Assembly (NCBI GenBank): GCA_024704765.1 | Contig: JAKMXF010000311.1 | Span: forward strand, 1 to 64,000 | Direction: 5' to 3' | Length of the DNA: 64,000 nt | Source of the DNA: Oopsacas minuta | Lineage: Eukaryota; Animalia; Porifera | In this document: in pieces, positions 26,197 to 36,993 of the stretch | Position numbering within the stretch: position 1 is the first letter of the stretch | Layout: every line of letters starts with the position of its first letter | Made by a program: the position numbers and the translations under genes | Notes under the pieces: model-generated | Seen by the model: only the letters and a program-made list of their open reading frames with translations | Told to the model about the DNA's origin: nothing | Databases searched by the model: none

Positions 26197-26695
26197 GTTA
26201 CGCTGGGATTTGATGTAATTTCAGTTTCTGATGGTTTCACTCTTGCTTGTGTGTATTTGGATGGGAATAACTGGGTAGATGATGGTCTCACTACAGTCCT
26301 ACAACCCAATGATTTTACATTATGCAAATCATTCCATTTCACGAGCTTCGCCGTTTTCGTTACTCCATACGATACGCCGGATGGAACAGCAACAGTTGTG
26401 CTCGATGTTTTCAGCTACATTCTAGTTTCTATCTCCTTCATATCTCTGATAATATCACTGATCCTATTTTGCATTGCTGGAAAAGCTTTCTTCAAAGTGG
26501 AAACAAACATAGTTTACTTCAACTACTGTATTGCAATGCTGTTAGCCACAGGAATATTCTTATTTGGTATAGATACAGGAACATTCAATAGAAGTGTTTG
26601 CATGATCATAGCCTTCGCACTTCACTACACATGGCTAGCAGTATTTACATGGACTCTATGTATCGGAATATTGATAATGTTCAAGCTTGTTATAA
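26197..26695 (+). CDS. Adhesion GPCR exon: GPS motif plus TM1-TM3
   Basis: CVYLDGNNWVDDG...CKSFHFTSFAVF; secretin-family TM text; cttag| and |gtaag sites. Confidence 0.9.
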
Positions 26696-27433
26696 GTAAG
26701 TTGAGTAATTCCCAATAATTAGTATATAATATTAATTTACTGGGAAACTGGGCAATTGCACTGGTTTTATATACTAAAGTATTGTATGTATAAAAAGATG
26801 GATTGCTGGAATTTGTCCTACATTGCGAAATCAGAATGAGTTGATGGAATTTATCCTAAACACAAATACTATAATTTACAGAAATCTCAAATACTCAATT
26901 TGTCCAAAATTTGCTATATTTTCCTTGATAAATAAACCCGCCAACAACCATGGAGTGGCTAAGAAGTTTGAACAATAGTCCGAGGAAAGATATACACTAA
27001 TCCAAGGGAAAGTTCTTCACAACCTACCTAAATAATGAATATAAATACACAAATCCAACAATTTTAGCTGGTTTAACCGCGAATCCGCGTCCCCTAAACA
27101 TTTTGAAAGTTAGGACAAATTCAGGTTTCCCGAAGAGGTCCTTCAATTGCGTTATGTGTGACGTATGTAAGTCCGCGGGATAGCATAATATCTATAAGGT
27201 CTATTGAAATCAGTTATGGTATATTTTGGGGGGTAGGTGTTTACTTGATTAATATGTCATTTAATCTCTTAATTAACAAAAATCTATGTGAAAACCATAC
27301 TTGATACAATCTTTATCAATTTTTGACTACTCACTGAGTATACTAAAGGTCCCTATGACTGAGATTTACTGTCTGTCTCTCAGTCGACATTTTGTATATA
27401 CTACGAGTATTTAACGGAGCTATCTCTTTCTAG

Positions 27434-27824
27434 GTGTGATGTCTACTAGGAAGATTTATCCATATCTCATCGTTTTTGGTTGGGTGTTTCCACTAGTTAT
27501 CCCAATCATAACCATTATCATTACACATTCATACTACGTAAACGAGGTAGAACATTGCTTTCTCAATAATGATAGAGGAGTCATTTGGGCATTCATCGCT
27601 CCAATACTAATTATATTGATTGTCAACGTTGTCTTCCTTGTAATAGCCATTACAAAGATTATATATACAAAATGGTCTAACCAAAATAATGACCATAAAA
27701 TTATTATGAAAGATGCACTCATCACAGCTTTAATATTAACTCCTGTTTTGGGAATTCCTTGGCTCTTCCTACTCCTTAACATTTCAATCCAACACATAGC
27801 ACTCCAGTATATATTCATCTTTTT
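27434..27824 (+). CDS. Adhesion GPCR exon: TM4-TM7, truncated at the N join at 27825
   Basis: YLIVFGWVFP, HCFLN, WAFIAP and PVLGIPWL family motifs; phase matches the previous exon. Confidence 0.9.
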
Positions 27825-27826
27825 NA

Positions 27827-29188
27827 TATTTTGACTTAGGTAGCGTATTTGAAGTTTTGGACAGAGCAGGATTCTTTGAAACTGAACTTATATTTAATCT
27901 TCATTCATTTATTACTTCATTTCAAAAATATCTACAGGAAAGCGAAATAACGATTTCAGAAAACCGACTACTGGAGACTATTTCTGGATATAAACAATCA
28001 ATGATAAAGGACTCGTTAGGATGTACAAGGCAATGTCCTTGTTGTGGCAAGTTTTGTGATAGAATTAATCATGAAGAAACGAGTTGTTTTTCTTCTGGGC
28101 ATAAAGAAACGAGTTGTTTTTCTTCTAGGCATCAATTCGCTTCGATGGGCGGTAATACATGGGGAAACGATAAACAACACTCTGCAACACTCATGTCTTG
28201 TGAGGATTATTCAGAAGAAATGGCTGTTGCATTGCCTGGTCGTATGACAACGTGGAGAGAGTTCAAACGGAGTACAGAAAGAGAATGGGATTGGGGGAAA
28301 GATAATGAAATTCTACAAAGTGAGTTATACAAAAGAAAGGCATACCTGATTAACCTTTGGAATAAATTTGGAAAAGGTATTCTTGAATATCCTCGTGTGT
28401 ACAAGGGTACTAGAATTGAATTTAGACCATACAAAGAAAAGGATTTAAATTCAGAATCGGGCATAAATACATATCAGCTTTGCTTTGTAATTGATGGTAC
28501 TGGCTCAATGGGAAAAGACATTGAAAAAGTAAGAGATTCTGTCCAAAGCTTGGTTGATTCATACAAAAGAACAAAAAACGAAATCGTATTTCGAATTGTT
28601 ATATATCCAGATCATTGTGATGACAAATTAATCGATACTCATCCAAATAATCATCAATTTATTTCCAGTGATGAGTCAATTGTAACATTTCTCAACCGTG
28701 TAATCCCAGAAGGAGGGGGTGATATACCAGAGGCTTCTCTTGATGGTTTAGCGGTTGCTCTCAATTCAAATTGGGATAAAGGCGCTAACACTAGGAGGAT
28801 AATAATACATTTGTTTGATGCTCCACCTCATGGAAACTTCCCTGATTACACAACTCATAATACAAACAGTAATCCAGATCATTGTTGTTGTTGTTCGAGC
28901 AAGTGTCGCTATGACTGGCAAAAAGATGTTTGGGAGAAAATGAAGGAACTAGAAGTAGAATATCATGGAATAAATACTGGTGGTACTCAATGGGTAGAGT
29001 TTGAAAACACAATGAAGAAAAAACTAGATTATCTCTGTAAGGGATTTACAAAATGTGGCAAAGAACAGGTTAATGATGCTGTGATGCAAATATTCATAAA
29101 CTACCAGTGTGAACCAGAAGATGACGATGAACAAAGTGAATCTCAAAATTCTAGCGATCTTGATAGCGATGATTCAGACTCAGATTAG
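27827..29188 (+). CDS. 3' fragment of a VLIG-GTPase/vWA paralog: Cys/His module, vWA domain and acidic tail; 5' part lost at the join
   Basis: Frame open from the N join. CTRQCPCCGKFC, HQFASMGG, FVIDGTGSM, GGGDIPEASLDGL, FDAPPHG and HCCCC align with 50600-51682. Confidence 0.85.
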   Translation, partial: YFDLGSVFEVLDRAGFFETELIFNLHSFITSFQKYLQESEITISENRLLETISGYKQSMIKDSLGCTRQCPCCGKFCDRINHEETSCFSSGHKETSCFSSRHQFASMGGNTWGNDKQHSATLMSCEDYSEEMAVALPGRMTTWREFKRSTEREWDWGKDNEILQSELYKRKAYLINLWNKFGKGILEYPRVYKGTRIEFRPYKEKDLNSESGINTYQLCFVIDGTGSMGKDIEKVRDSVQSLVDSYKRTKNEIVFRIVIYPDHCDDKLIDTHPNNHQFISSDESIVTFLNRVIPEGGGDIPEASLDGLAVALNSNWDKGANTRRIIIHLFDAPPHGNFPDYTTHNTNSNPDHCCCCSSKCRYDWQKDVWEKMKELEVEYHGINTGGTQWVEFENTMKKKLDYLCKGFTKCGKEQVNDAVMQIFINYQCEPEDDDEQSESQNSSDLDSDDSDSD

Positions 29189-30093
29189 TAATTCAGAGGG
29201 CTATTGAGGAAGGGTTACAGGAAGTTGACTGTTATCCATATTTCTCACTGTTAGTTTCTTCCCCTTTAGTTAGTTATTCCACTGTTTGTAGACAATGAAA
29301 AGTACATTAGGTGCCAATCATATGTGAAACATTCAGCATTTTATGATTAGTCTTGTTCATGTTATTAACTAATATTACATTATTTTGATGGAATGTGTGT
29401 GTATACTGTATAGCCCCTGTATAATATTCTATAAATTGGTGATTATAGTGTCAACCTGAACTGAAGTATTATATACAGACAAAAACGCTGAAATACCTAA
29501 CGTGATGGAGTGTCATAGCGTAATTACCCATAAACCAATGCCTGAAATAAATACAAAAGCTTCCAATCTTACTTGTATTTATCTGATTATGGCTTTTATT
29601 AGGAGCGTAATCAATTCAGGAAACATACTTGAGATGATCACTATAGGAGTATAAAATAATAATATAAACACAAAGGTATTTACAGCGTGAATATACGTAT
29701 GAACCTTAATTTCATGTTTTATTTCACCTAACTCAAGGTTGTAGATTGTATTAATTTATCTACTTGAGTTGTGGAGCTGTAACGCTGAGTATGCATAGGT
29801 ACTTGATATTATGAGCAAGATAACATATAATCACCGAATAATTTCGGATTTGAAGTTACCTGACAAAAGATAGGCAGCTAATTTTTTACCAAAAGGGCTT
29901 GCCATGAAAGGGCAAATGACACCACCATATCAAGTTTGATAATTGGAAATTTTCTCTTAGGAATCAGCTACGCGTACTTGTACCTATTTTGTAAGTGGGG
30001 ATACCTAGATTTGATGTTGCTCATATTGCATCAAGACCTCATTCCTCATATCAAAAAATCATGGTGAACAAGTGGATTAATGGCAATGATTGG

Positions 30094-30575
30094 CAGGGGT
30101 GTCGCTAGGGGGCTATAGCCCCATTGGAGAATATTAGACAATCCGCCGAGAAATGATTAAATCAACTAACGTTAGATTGATTATAAATTATTAGTTAAGT
30201 CAATGCATTTTTTAGCATTTTTCTAGGAAATTTGCAGTTATAACATTGATTCATAACGAAATTGACACTATTCCGCCATTATGATGGATAGATATCCATC
30301 ACTTCCATTAAAAAATAATTTGCTCAATTCTACAGATCTTGATGACATGAATGGATTTTTAATTTCCTTGAGGGAATGGTCGTGAACACCTAAATCCATA
30401 GGCGCCAATTTGGTGGGCATATGCCCACGTTGGAACTATAATGCCCACCCAGATTCTCACATAATACAAAAAGTATCGTCCATGGGTGTATTGGGGGGAA
30501 CGTAGTTGTGCCAATGCTGAATTCATCCTCAAAACCTTATGCCCCCTCGTTGGGCAAGTCTTGGCACCACCCCTG
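30094..30575. mobile_element. hAT-type MITE with 8-bp TSD
   Basis: Ends CAGGGGTGTCGC / GCACCACCCCTG; flanks ATGATTGG / ATGAGTGG (7/8 match). Confidence 0.8.
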
Positions 30576-31659
30576 ATGAGTGGCCGGTCCGAAACAACCC
30601 GTATAACTACATAAGTATGAGTAAAACCCTTAAAATAGTAGAAGAATATTTTCTATGATGCGATGGTAGAAATATTAGTGAATAACACAGTATCATTTAT
30701 TACACAGAAAATAGTTCATTAAAATATGGGAAAATGAATTTGAGATTACTTAATCTCTTGCAAAGTATCTGAGATTTCAGAGATCTGTATTAGAGATGAC
30801 CCAATAACTTTTGTAAAAGATTGATTATATACGAGATTCCTTCATAACATATTTATGAAAAGATTGGATTTGATCAAGTTACATATTTGGAAAATTATTT
30901 ATTAGTAGATGACTAGTACTATAACTCAGTAATATATATATACATGTACATTGTGATATTCGAAATATAACAACAAATTTATAATTTAATTGGAGCACTA
31001 TATTTGTCATAGGATTCCAGGGTAAAACAGTATAAAATTAGCATTTGAAGAAATATTCAAGGTAAGAATATTTATGTAAGTAGATTGATTATGCCATTCG
31101 AATACTTACGATGCATTCGATTTCCGAATTACAAAATTCATGCTGAACCTTATCACTCTTTCTATTACATCAGTGTTCCCTCTAACTTTCGGGGAACTTT
31201 TTCTATCACACAAACTTATTTACATATTTATGCAATATAATGTTATCAGCATATAAAGGGATGTACGGTAAACTTGTGTTATAACCGTGTTGGATATAAC
31301 TAAACTCCCTTTATGATGAACTAATTATTCACCCTTTCATCAATTGAAGCACAATTATATAAATACTGGAATTTATTTGAGAAAACTTTCAAAGTTTAAT
31401 GAAAATATTGGGTGGGGAGAATATGAAGTATTGGGGGCGATCGCCCCTCTCGCCCCGTCTCCCCCAAGGATCGCCGCCTATGATTAAAACCACCCTCACA
31501 TTGAATTCGTAATTGCTAAATGAATTTGGTTTAATGTTGAGGCTAAACGTCACAAAAATGTTTATTATATTTTATTACGAATATTGAAAATTCTACGATG
31601 TATTCATATAAGAAAGTAATAAAACAGTACACGAACGTCATTTAACTAATTTTCAAATT

Positions 31660-31714
31660 ACGCTTGAAGTGCAAATATCCTGATTACTCAATCAGGAATC
31701 GAGTATAAGGCCTG
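31660..31714. repeat. 55-bp dispersed direct repeat (copies at 33013-33067 and, partially, 33189-33222)
   Basis: 52/55 identical by eye. Confidence 0.85.
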
Positions 31715-33966
31715 ATCAAGGGTAGATGTTCTACTCTACATTCAATCTACATTATAATGTTCAATGCAATGCGACCTATTTTAATTGTTCATATCTATAA
31801 ATGCAAATATATGTGTTTGAAAACTAGTTACAGCCTCCACATTCCAACACATTTGGCTCTTGTATTGATATGTATGAATGTACCATTATGTTAGTACAAT
31901 TCTGTTGTTAAATTTTGCTGAGAATATACATACAGTATTGTACAGGGTGATTGACACTTAATCAATTGTTTCAAAATTATTTAATACAATCGCAAACTTG
32001 CCTTCAAATTGTATAAAATTAAAGTAGATTTTTGAGGCTGTAAGTAAATCGAAACGATGAACCTAGTAAACCATATCCCTTATCGGGGTGCTCTGGGCTA
32101 GTAAAAATTATTTGTTGGCGAATGATATTCTCCCCCATGTAGAAAGTATTGGATGGGCGACCGCGACCGTCCCCCTTGCTCCCCCCACACAGTATCGACG
32201 CGTTGCGGTCCATTACGAATATTCGTAGAATAATTTCCTGTAGGAAGCCCACTAATCTCTCAACGGGCCTGATATATAACAATCCCCTACAAATCTTTCA
32301 AAATAACATTACATGCATTCTCATAATACTGGAAAATCGACACTTTAAAATGTTGTTTTTTGAAAATGGTAAAACGTGTCTGTAGGGTCCTGTGCGTAGC
32401 TAATTAGCAAGAAACTTAGGCTTCTAAAATAACCTAGCCAACTTACAAATACATTTGACCTATCTATAGACTCCTATAGTAAGAGAATATTCGATGTTGA
32501 TTTTGTAAAATCAACTTTTGACAAATCAACATAATATATCCCTACACTCTAGTTCATTCAGATATTCTATAGTTCATATATACACTGTATATCCGTATTA
32601 TATTATTGATAATTATCTTGAGATGTTTTATGAGATGATTTCATCTCATAAATTGTGTGATTAAATTTTGAATGATGGGGTCGAATTCAACCCACATTTG
32701 TTTGGAGATAATGTCATCTCATTAATTTATCAATGATTGCAACTGTTTAAGAAAAGCAATCTTCAACTACAGACTAAAGTATTTATAGGATGTATTCATG
32801 AAAGTTTCCGTCTTCTACACATATATCACAAACAAGACATAATTTCCTATCAAATAGATAAATTATCAACTTGTTGGAAGAATTAGGTAAGTCATTATTC
32901 GTATGTGTGATTAACTATATGTTTAAGAGACTGTAGCCGGCAAATCATTTCATTGCAAGGCATTGTCAGATTTGTAACAAAATCATTTAAACATACCTGT
33001 CTTGCTAATTAGACGCTTGAAGTTCAACTATCCTGATTACTCAATCAGAAATCGAGTATAAGGCCTGTGTAACAGCCCAGATTATACCCCTTCCTCGGAT
33101 ATAACCGGTATATTCTGTACTAGAACAGCTTATACCCTTGTATATTCTGGATTGGTTTCCTGGATTCACCAAATGCGATAACCAATTTTTGAAGTGAAAA
33201 TATCCTAATTCTACAATCAGAATTATTCAAATTCAATTCACATAACCAATCGATGAATAATAAATGGAATTTGGCATAGAAATGTTTCAATTATTCTACC
33301 ACCTCAATATAATTTCCTTGTTGGCTTTAGCTCTATTGTAAAACATTTTTCTTCGTAAGCACGACTGAAACTTTTTGATTATAGTGAAATGCGATCGTCA
33401 CTGATTATAAAACAAACAATACAGTAGAAGGATACAGGCTCGGGGCGCGCCTGTGCACTTTATGCCGAATTTAGCCCATTGCTATCTCCATCATACAGGA
33501 TATACCTATAGTAATAAGATTCCAGTGAATGGAGGAAAAATTTATGCCAAGATTTTGGGTTCAGTTTAATTACGCCCATTAAGCCATAATCAGAATTAAA
33601 GAAATGATGAGTATGTTACTAGTTACTAAATACCACAAGTATCCCACATCTCATTGGCGTAGGCAATGGTAGGGCCTGGGGCGTAACAAGAGATCCTAGA
33701 GAGAAGATGCAGAGATCAAAGTTGGCCTCAATTAGGTGGGCGATTCTAATAGAAAGATATGGAGAGGGGCTGAAACTAGATGAGCCTCCTCTGCAAAGCT
33801 ACGTCCATGGTAGGTTTGGTGAGGCTAGGCCCTACCAATAATTCCACTCTCACCATTAGAGATTCATAGAAAAGTGTTTACATGGCCCTGCCAATACACA
33901 ACCCGAGTCTAAGCCCATGCATCTATTTTTAATAATTTTAACTTATTATCTAAATACTCATTAGCA

Positions 33967-35601
33967 ATGTCCGGTGTGAGTTCATCAAAATTTAAGCACA
34001 GAGAAAAGGAAAATATAACAATATCACAGAAGGGAGATACTGAACAAATAGTGCAACGTCCCATACAGCAAACAGGGCCTTTGCTTATGCGAAGGTCGCT
34101 AGTAGAGAAAGAACAGCGTCTGTCTATACTGAGTTCGCTAGTAGGGAAAGAACAGCGTTTGTCTATACCGAGTTCGCTAGTAGGGAAAGAACAGCGTTTG
34201 TCTATACCGAGTTCGCTAGTAGAGAAAGAACAGCGTTTGTCTATACCGAGTTCGCTAGTAGGGAAAGAACAGCGTTTGTCTATACCGAGTTCGCTAGTAG
34301 GGAAAGAACAGCGTTTGTCTATACAGAGTTCTCTAGTAGAGCAAGAACAAAAAAGTTTGCTTTTAGAACTAACACAAAGATTGAGAGTACAGCCTATGCA
34401 ACCTGACTCTACTAACAGTACAACTTCTGCAGTAGCTGAACCTATACAGCAAACAGGGCGTTTGCCTATACGAAGGTCGCTAGTAGAGAAAGAACAGCGT
34501 TCTTCTATACCCAATTCGTTAGCACTGCAAGAACAGCGTTCTTCTATACCCAATTCGTTAGCACTGCAAGAACAGCGTTCTTCTATACGAAGGTCGCTAG
34601 TACAGCAAGAACAGCGTTCTTCTATACCCAATTCGCTAGCACTGCAAGAACAGCGTTATTCTATACGAAGGTCTCTAGTACAGCAAGAACAGCGTTCTTC
34701 TATACCCAATTCGCTAGTACAGCAAGAACAGCGTTTTCCTAAACCGAATTCGCTAGTAGGACAAGAACAAAATTTGCATTTACAACTAACACAAAGATTG
34801 AGAGTACAGCATAACCAACCTTACTCTACTAGAAGACTCGAGTTGATGGACAGTGACATCACTGACATTACCTCTCAGCCCAAACCTAAGGAAGAATGTT
34901 GCGTATGTTTAGAGAAGAATGCAGTAACAATGAAATGTGGGCATAATATATGTTCAGAATGCATAATAAAACATGCTTGGCATCAGATGAAATTAATCAA
35001 GCATGAAATCAGCTGTGCCATGTGTTCAGAAAAGATAGATCTCGATTATTTGATTAGGTGTGGACTAATTGACGCTGAAGTATACAGAACACTTACTCAG
35101 GCTCTTTCAAACAATAACTGCAAAAACAAGGACATGCAAAAGTGTCCATCATGTAATATCTACTGTCAGCGTGAAAATGGGAATCAAAATCTAATCAATT
35201 GTCGTATTTGCTCAAAGAATGATGTGTTATCTCAATTCTGCTGGAAATGTTCCCGGGTTTGGAAAAATCATGGAAGTTTACAAAATTGCGGAAATGTGAA
35301 ATGTGGAGATAATAACTTAGATCATATGCTAAATCCACCTATGAAGAACTTTGGTTCTCTCAGATCCCCCAAATATAGAGCTTGTCCTAAGTGCTTTACC
35401 TTCATAGATCATGAGAGTGGGTGTAATGCGATGACATGCACAAGGTGTTCAAACATATTCTGCTTTATTTGTCTTAGAAATTTTACTGATAGAGTGAGGT
35501 GCAGTACTACATCCTACAATGGTTATTTTAACTGTTTGCCAGCACCTATACAGGAAAATCTTGAAGCTAAATTCCTTCAATATGATACTAATAATAAATA
35601 A
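33967..35601 (+). CDS. RBR (RING1-IBR-RING2) E3 ubiquitin ligase; N-terminal repeat extension uncertain (alternative start ATG 34846)
   Basis: CCVC..CGHNICSEC..CAMC; CPSC..CRIC..FCWKC; CPKC..SGCNAMTCTRC..FCFIC, with the catalytic Cys in GCxxM. Confidence 0.88.
   Translation: MSGVSSSKFKHREKENITISQKGDTEQIVQRPIQQTGPLLMRRSLVEKEQRLSILSSLVGKEQRLSIPSSLVGKEQRLSIPSSLVEKEQRLSIPSSLVGKEQRLSIPSSLVGKEQRLSIQSSLVEQEQKSLLLELTQRLRVQPMQPDSTNSTTSAVAEPIQQTGRLPIRRSLVEKEQRSSIPNSLALQEQRSSIPNSLALQEQRSSIRRSLVQQEQRSSIPNSLALQEQRYSIRRSLVQQEQRSSIPNSLVQQEQRFPKPNSLVGQEQNLHLQLTQRLRVQHNQPYSTRRLELMDSDITDITSQPKPKEECCVCLEKNAVTMKCGHNICSECIIKHAWHQMKLIKHEISCAMCSEKIDLDYLIRCGLIDAEVYRTLTQALSNNNCKNKDMQKCPSCNIYCQRENGNQNLINCRICSKNDVLSQFCWKCSRVWKNHGSLQNCGNVKCGDNNLDHMLNPPMKNFGSLRSPKYRACPKCFTFIDHESGCNAMTCTRCSNIFCFICLRNFTDRVRCSTTSYNGYFNCLPAPIQENLEAKFLQYDTNNK
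34099..34770 (+). repeat. Two blocks of 39-bp tandem repeats (6+ and 7+ units) within a ~381-bp higher-order duplication
   Basis: Units start at 34099+39n and 34480+39n; the two blocks share flanks (PIQQTG.. / LTQRLRVQ). Confidence 0.95.
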
Positions 35602-35639
35602 TAATAATAATTATAATAATAATAATAATAATAATAATA
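35588..35639. repeat. (AAT)n microsatellite overlapping the RBR stop codon
   Basis: Direct reading. Confidence 0.9.
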
Positions 35640-35780
35640 TAGCCTTTAATATTTGTAAACATGTAATTTAATATATTAAAGCAAATAATCAATTCTCGTC
35701 CAAGACTATTATACTAGTTATTATATTAAATTTAAAATATCTGAAATACTATCATACTAAGAAAATCAAATGTTAACAAA

Positions 35781-36434
35781 CTAGAACATTAATTGCTCAC
35801 CGAAGATGGGAAGGGATATTGAACGTATAGTGGGCGATTTATTAGATGTGCATGGAACTTTAGTACAGTAATCTGGTACCGTAAATAGAGCCTTATCTGG
35901 TTGAGATGCGTCAAATGCAGTGTAAGTTGTGTTTGCACTTGATGGTGAATAGCCTGATATCTTAACTACTATAATGTTTTCTGCTGGAGTATTGGGCGTT
36001 ATCTTCTTGACGCGAAACAATATACTCATGCCAACTGGTAAAGGAAGATCTGTCACTTCCCAAATAATGTCAGTCTCAGTTTCAGTATATAACGTAAAGT
36101 TCTTGTATAGACTGAAGTAGGGTAGTCCCATATTATTGTATGTTGTTTTAAAGCAAACACAATCAGTTACACTTCCATCTTTATCACGGGTTACATAATA
36201 CAACGCTTTATTGTATAAGGTTTGCCTAAAACCAGATGGGTATTCAGATGATTGAATCATTAACTCGTTTACATTGTCTTCAGCAATGGACCCAGTAAGT
36301 GTTATTGTGGTGGTTGAATTTTGGAAGATATATTTGAGGTTTGTCGAAAAGGTCGTTGGAAAAACGGGTGCAGAAATGGAATAGGTTGTCCGAAATGTAA
36401 TAACCAGTAGAACAAATAGAATGATTTTAGTCAT
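35781..36434 (-). CDS. Secreted ependymin-related (EPDR-like) protein, intronless
   Basis: Signal peptide MTKIILFVLLVITF, N-terminal PVFPTTF, internal C-x-C, C-terminal PDKALFTVPDYC resembling the ependymin FxxPxxC motif; ~217 aa. Confidence 0.6.
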   Translation of the reverse strand: MTKIILFVLLVITFRTTYSISAPVFPTTFSTNLKYIFQNSTTTITLTGSIAEDNVNELMIQSSEYPSGFRQTLYNKALYYVTRDKDGSVTDCVCFKTTYNNMGLPYFSLYKNFTLYTETETDIIWEVTDLPLPVGMSILFRVKKITPNTPAENIIVVKISGYSPSSANTTYTAFDASQPDKALFTVPDYCTKVPCTSNKSPTIRSISLPIFGEQLMF

Positions 36435-36993
36435 TTTCAAAGAATTAATTACAATCACATCGATAATAAAGTCTTAATTAGCTATCATATTAAGAATTGT
36501 TGTTCATATATCTACAGTAATATAATACTTATAGTAACTCTAAATTTAGGCATAAAGTGTCATGTAATGGGACCTGAGGATAAATGTCGAATAAACTATT
36601 TGTATTTCCCTATACTTTCCTTCAATCTTGCCCTTCGTAAATAAATAACGGAAATTTTGAACTCGATCTTTAGATGAAATATACCTCAAAACTTAACACT
36701 TAAAAGTTGTTATTAGTTGGATGCAACAAATCTTACCATTTTCAGAAACAAGCTAAAAGTGTGAATATTATACATTATGTTGCATACAGGATGTGAATCT
36801 GTGAGTACATTCTCCAAAATTAATACATATGTTAAAAAATCCACTAAAATCTAAATACACTCATATACAATAATATAGTCAATAGAAAATATCCGTATAA
36901 GGATATACGTATTTATGGAAACTGCTGAGATATAATAAACAAATATGAGTATCTAATGTGCTAGCTCTATAAATTTCCCACTCTTTGTATTAC

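Noticed and set aside
30572-30600. CTGATGAG...CCGAAAC resembling a hammerhead ribozyme core
   Set aside because: Stems I and III cannot form, and CTGATGAG is simply the MITE TIR end plus its TSD.
33909-34631. 240-aa Cys-rich minus-strand ORF
   Set aside because: Antisense shadow of the 39-bp repeat; no independent motif.
34099-34770. Tandem array as CRISPR-like
   Set aside because: Contiguous units with no unique spacers, in a eukaryotic context.
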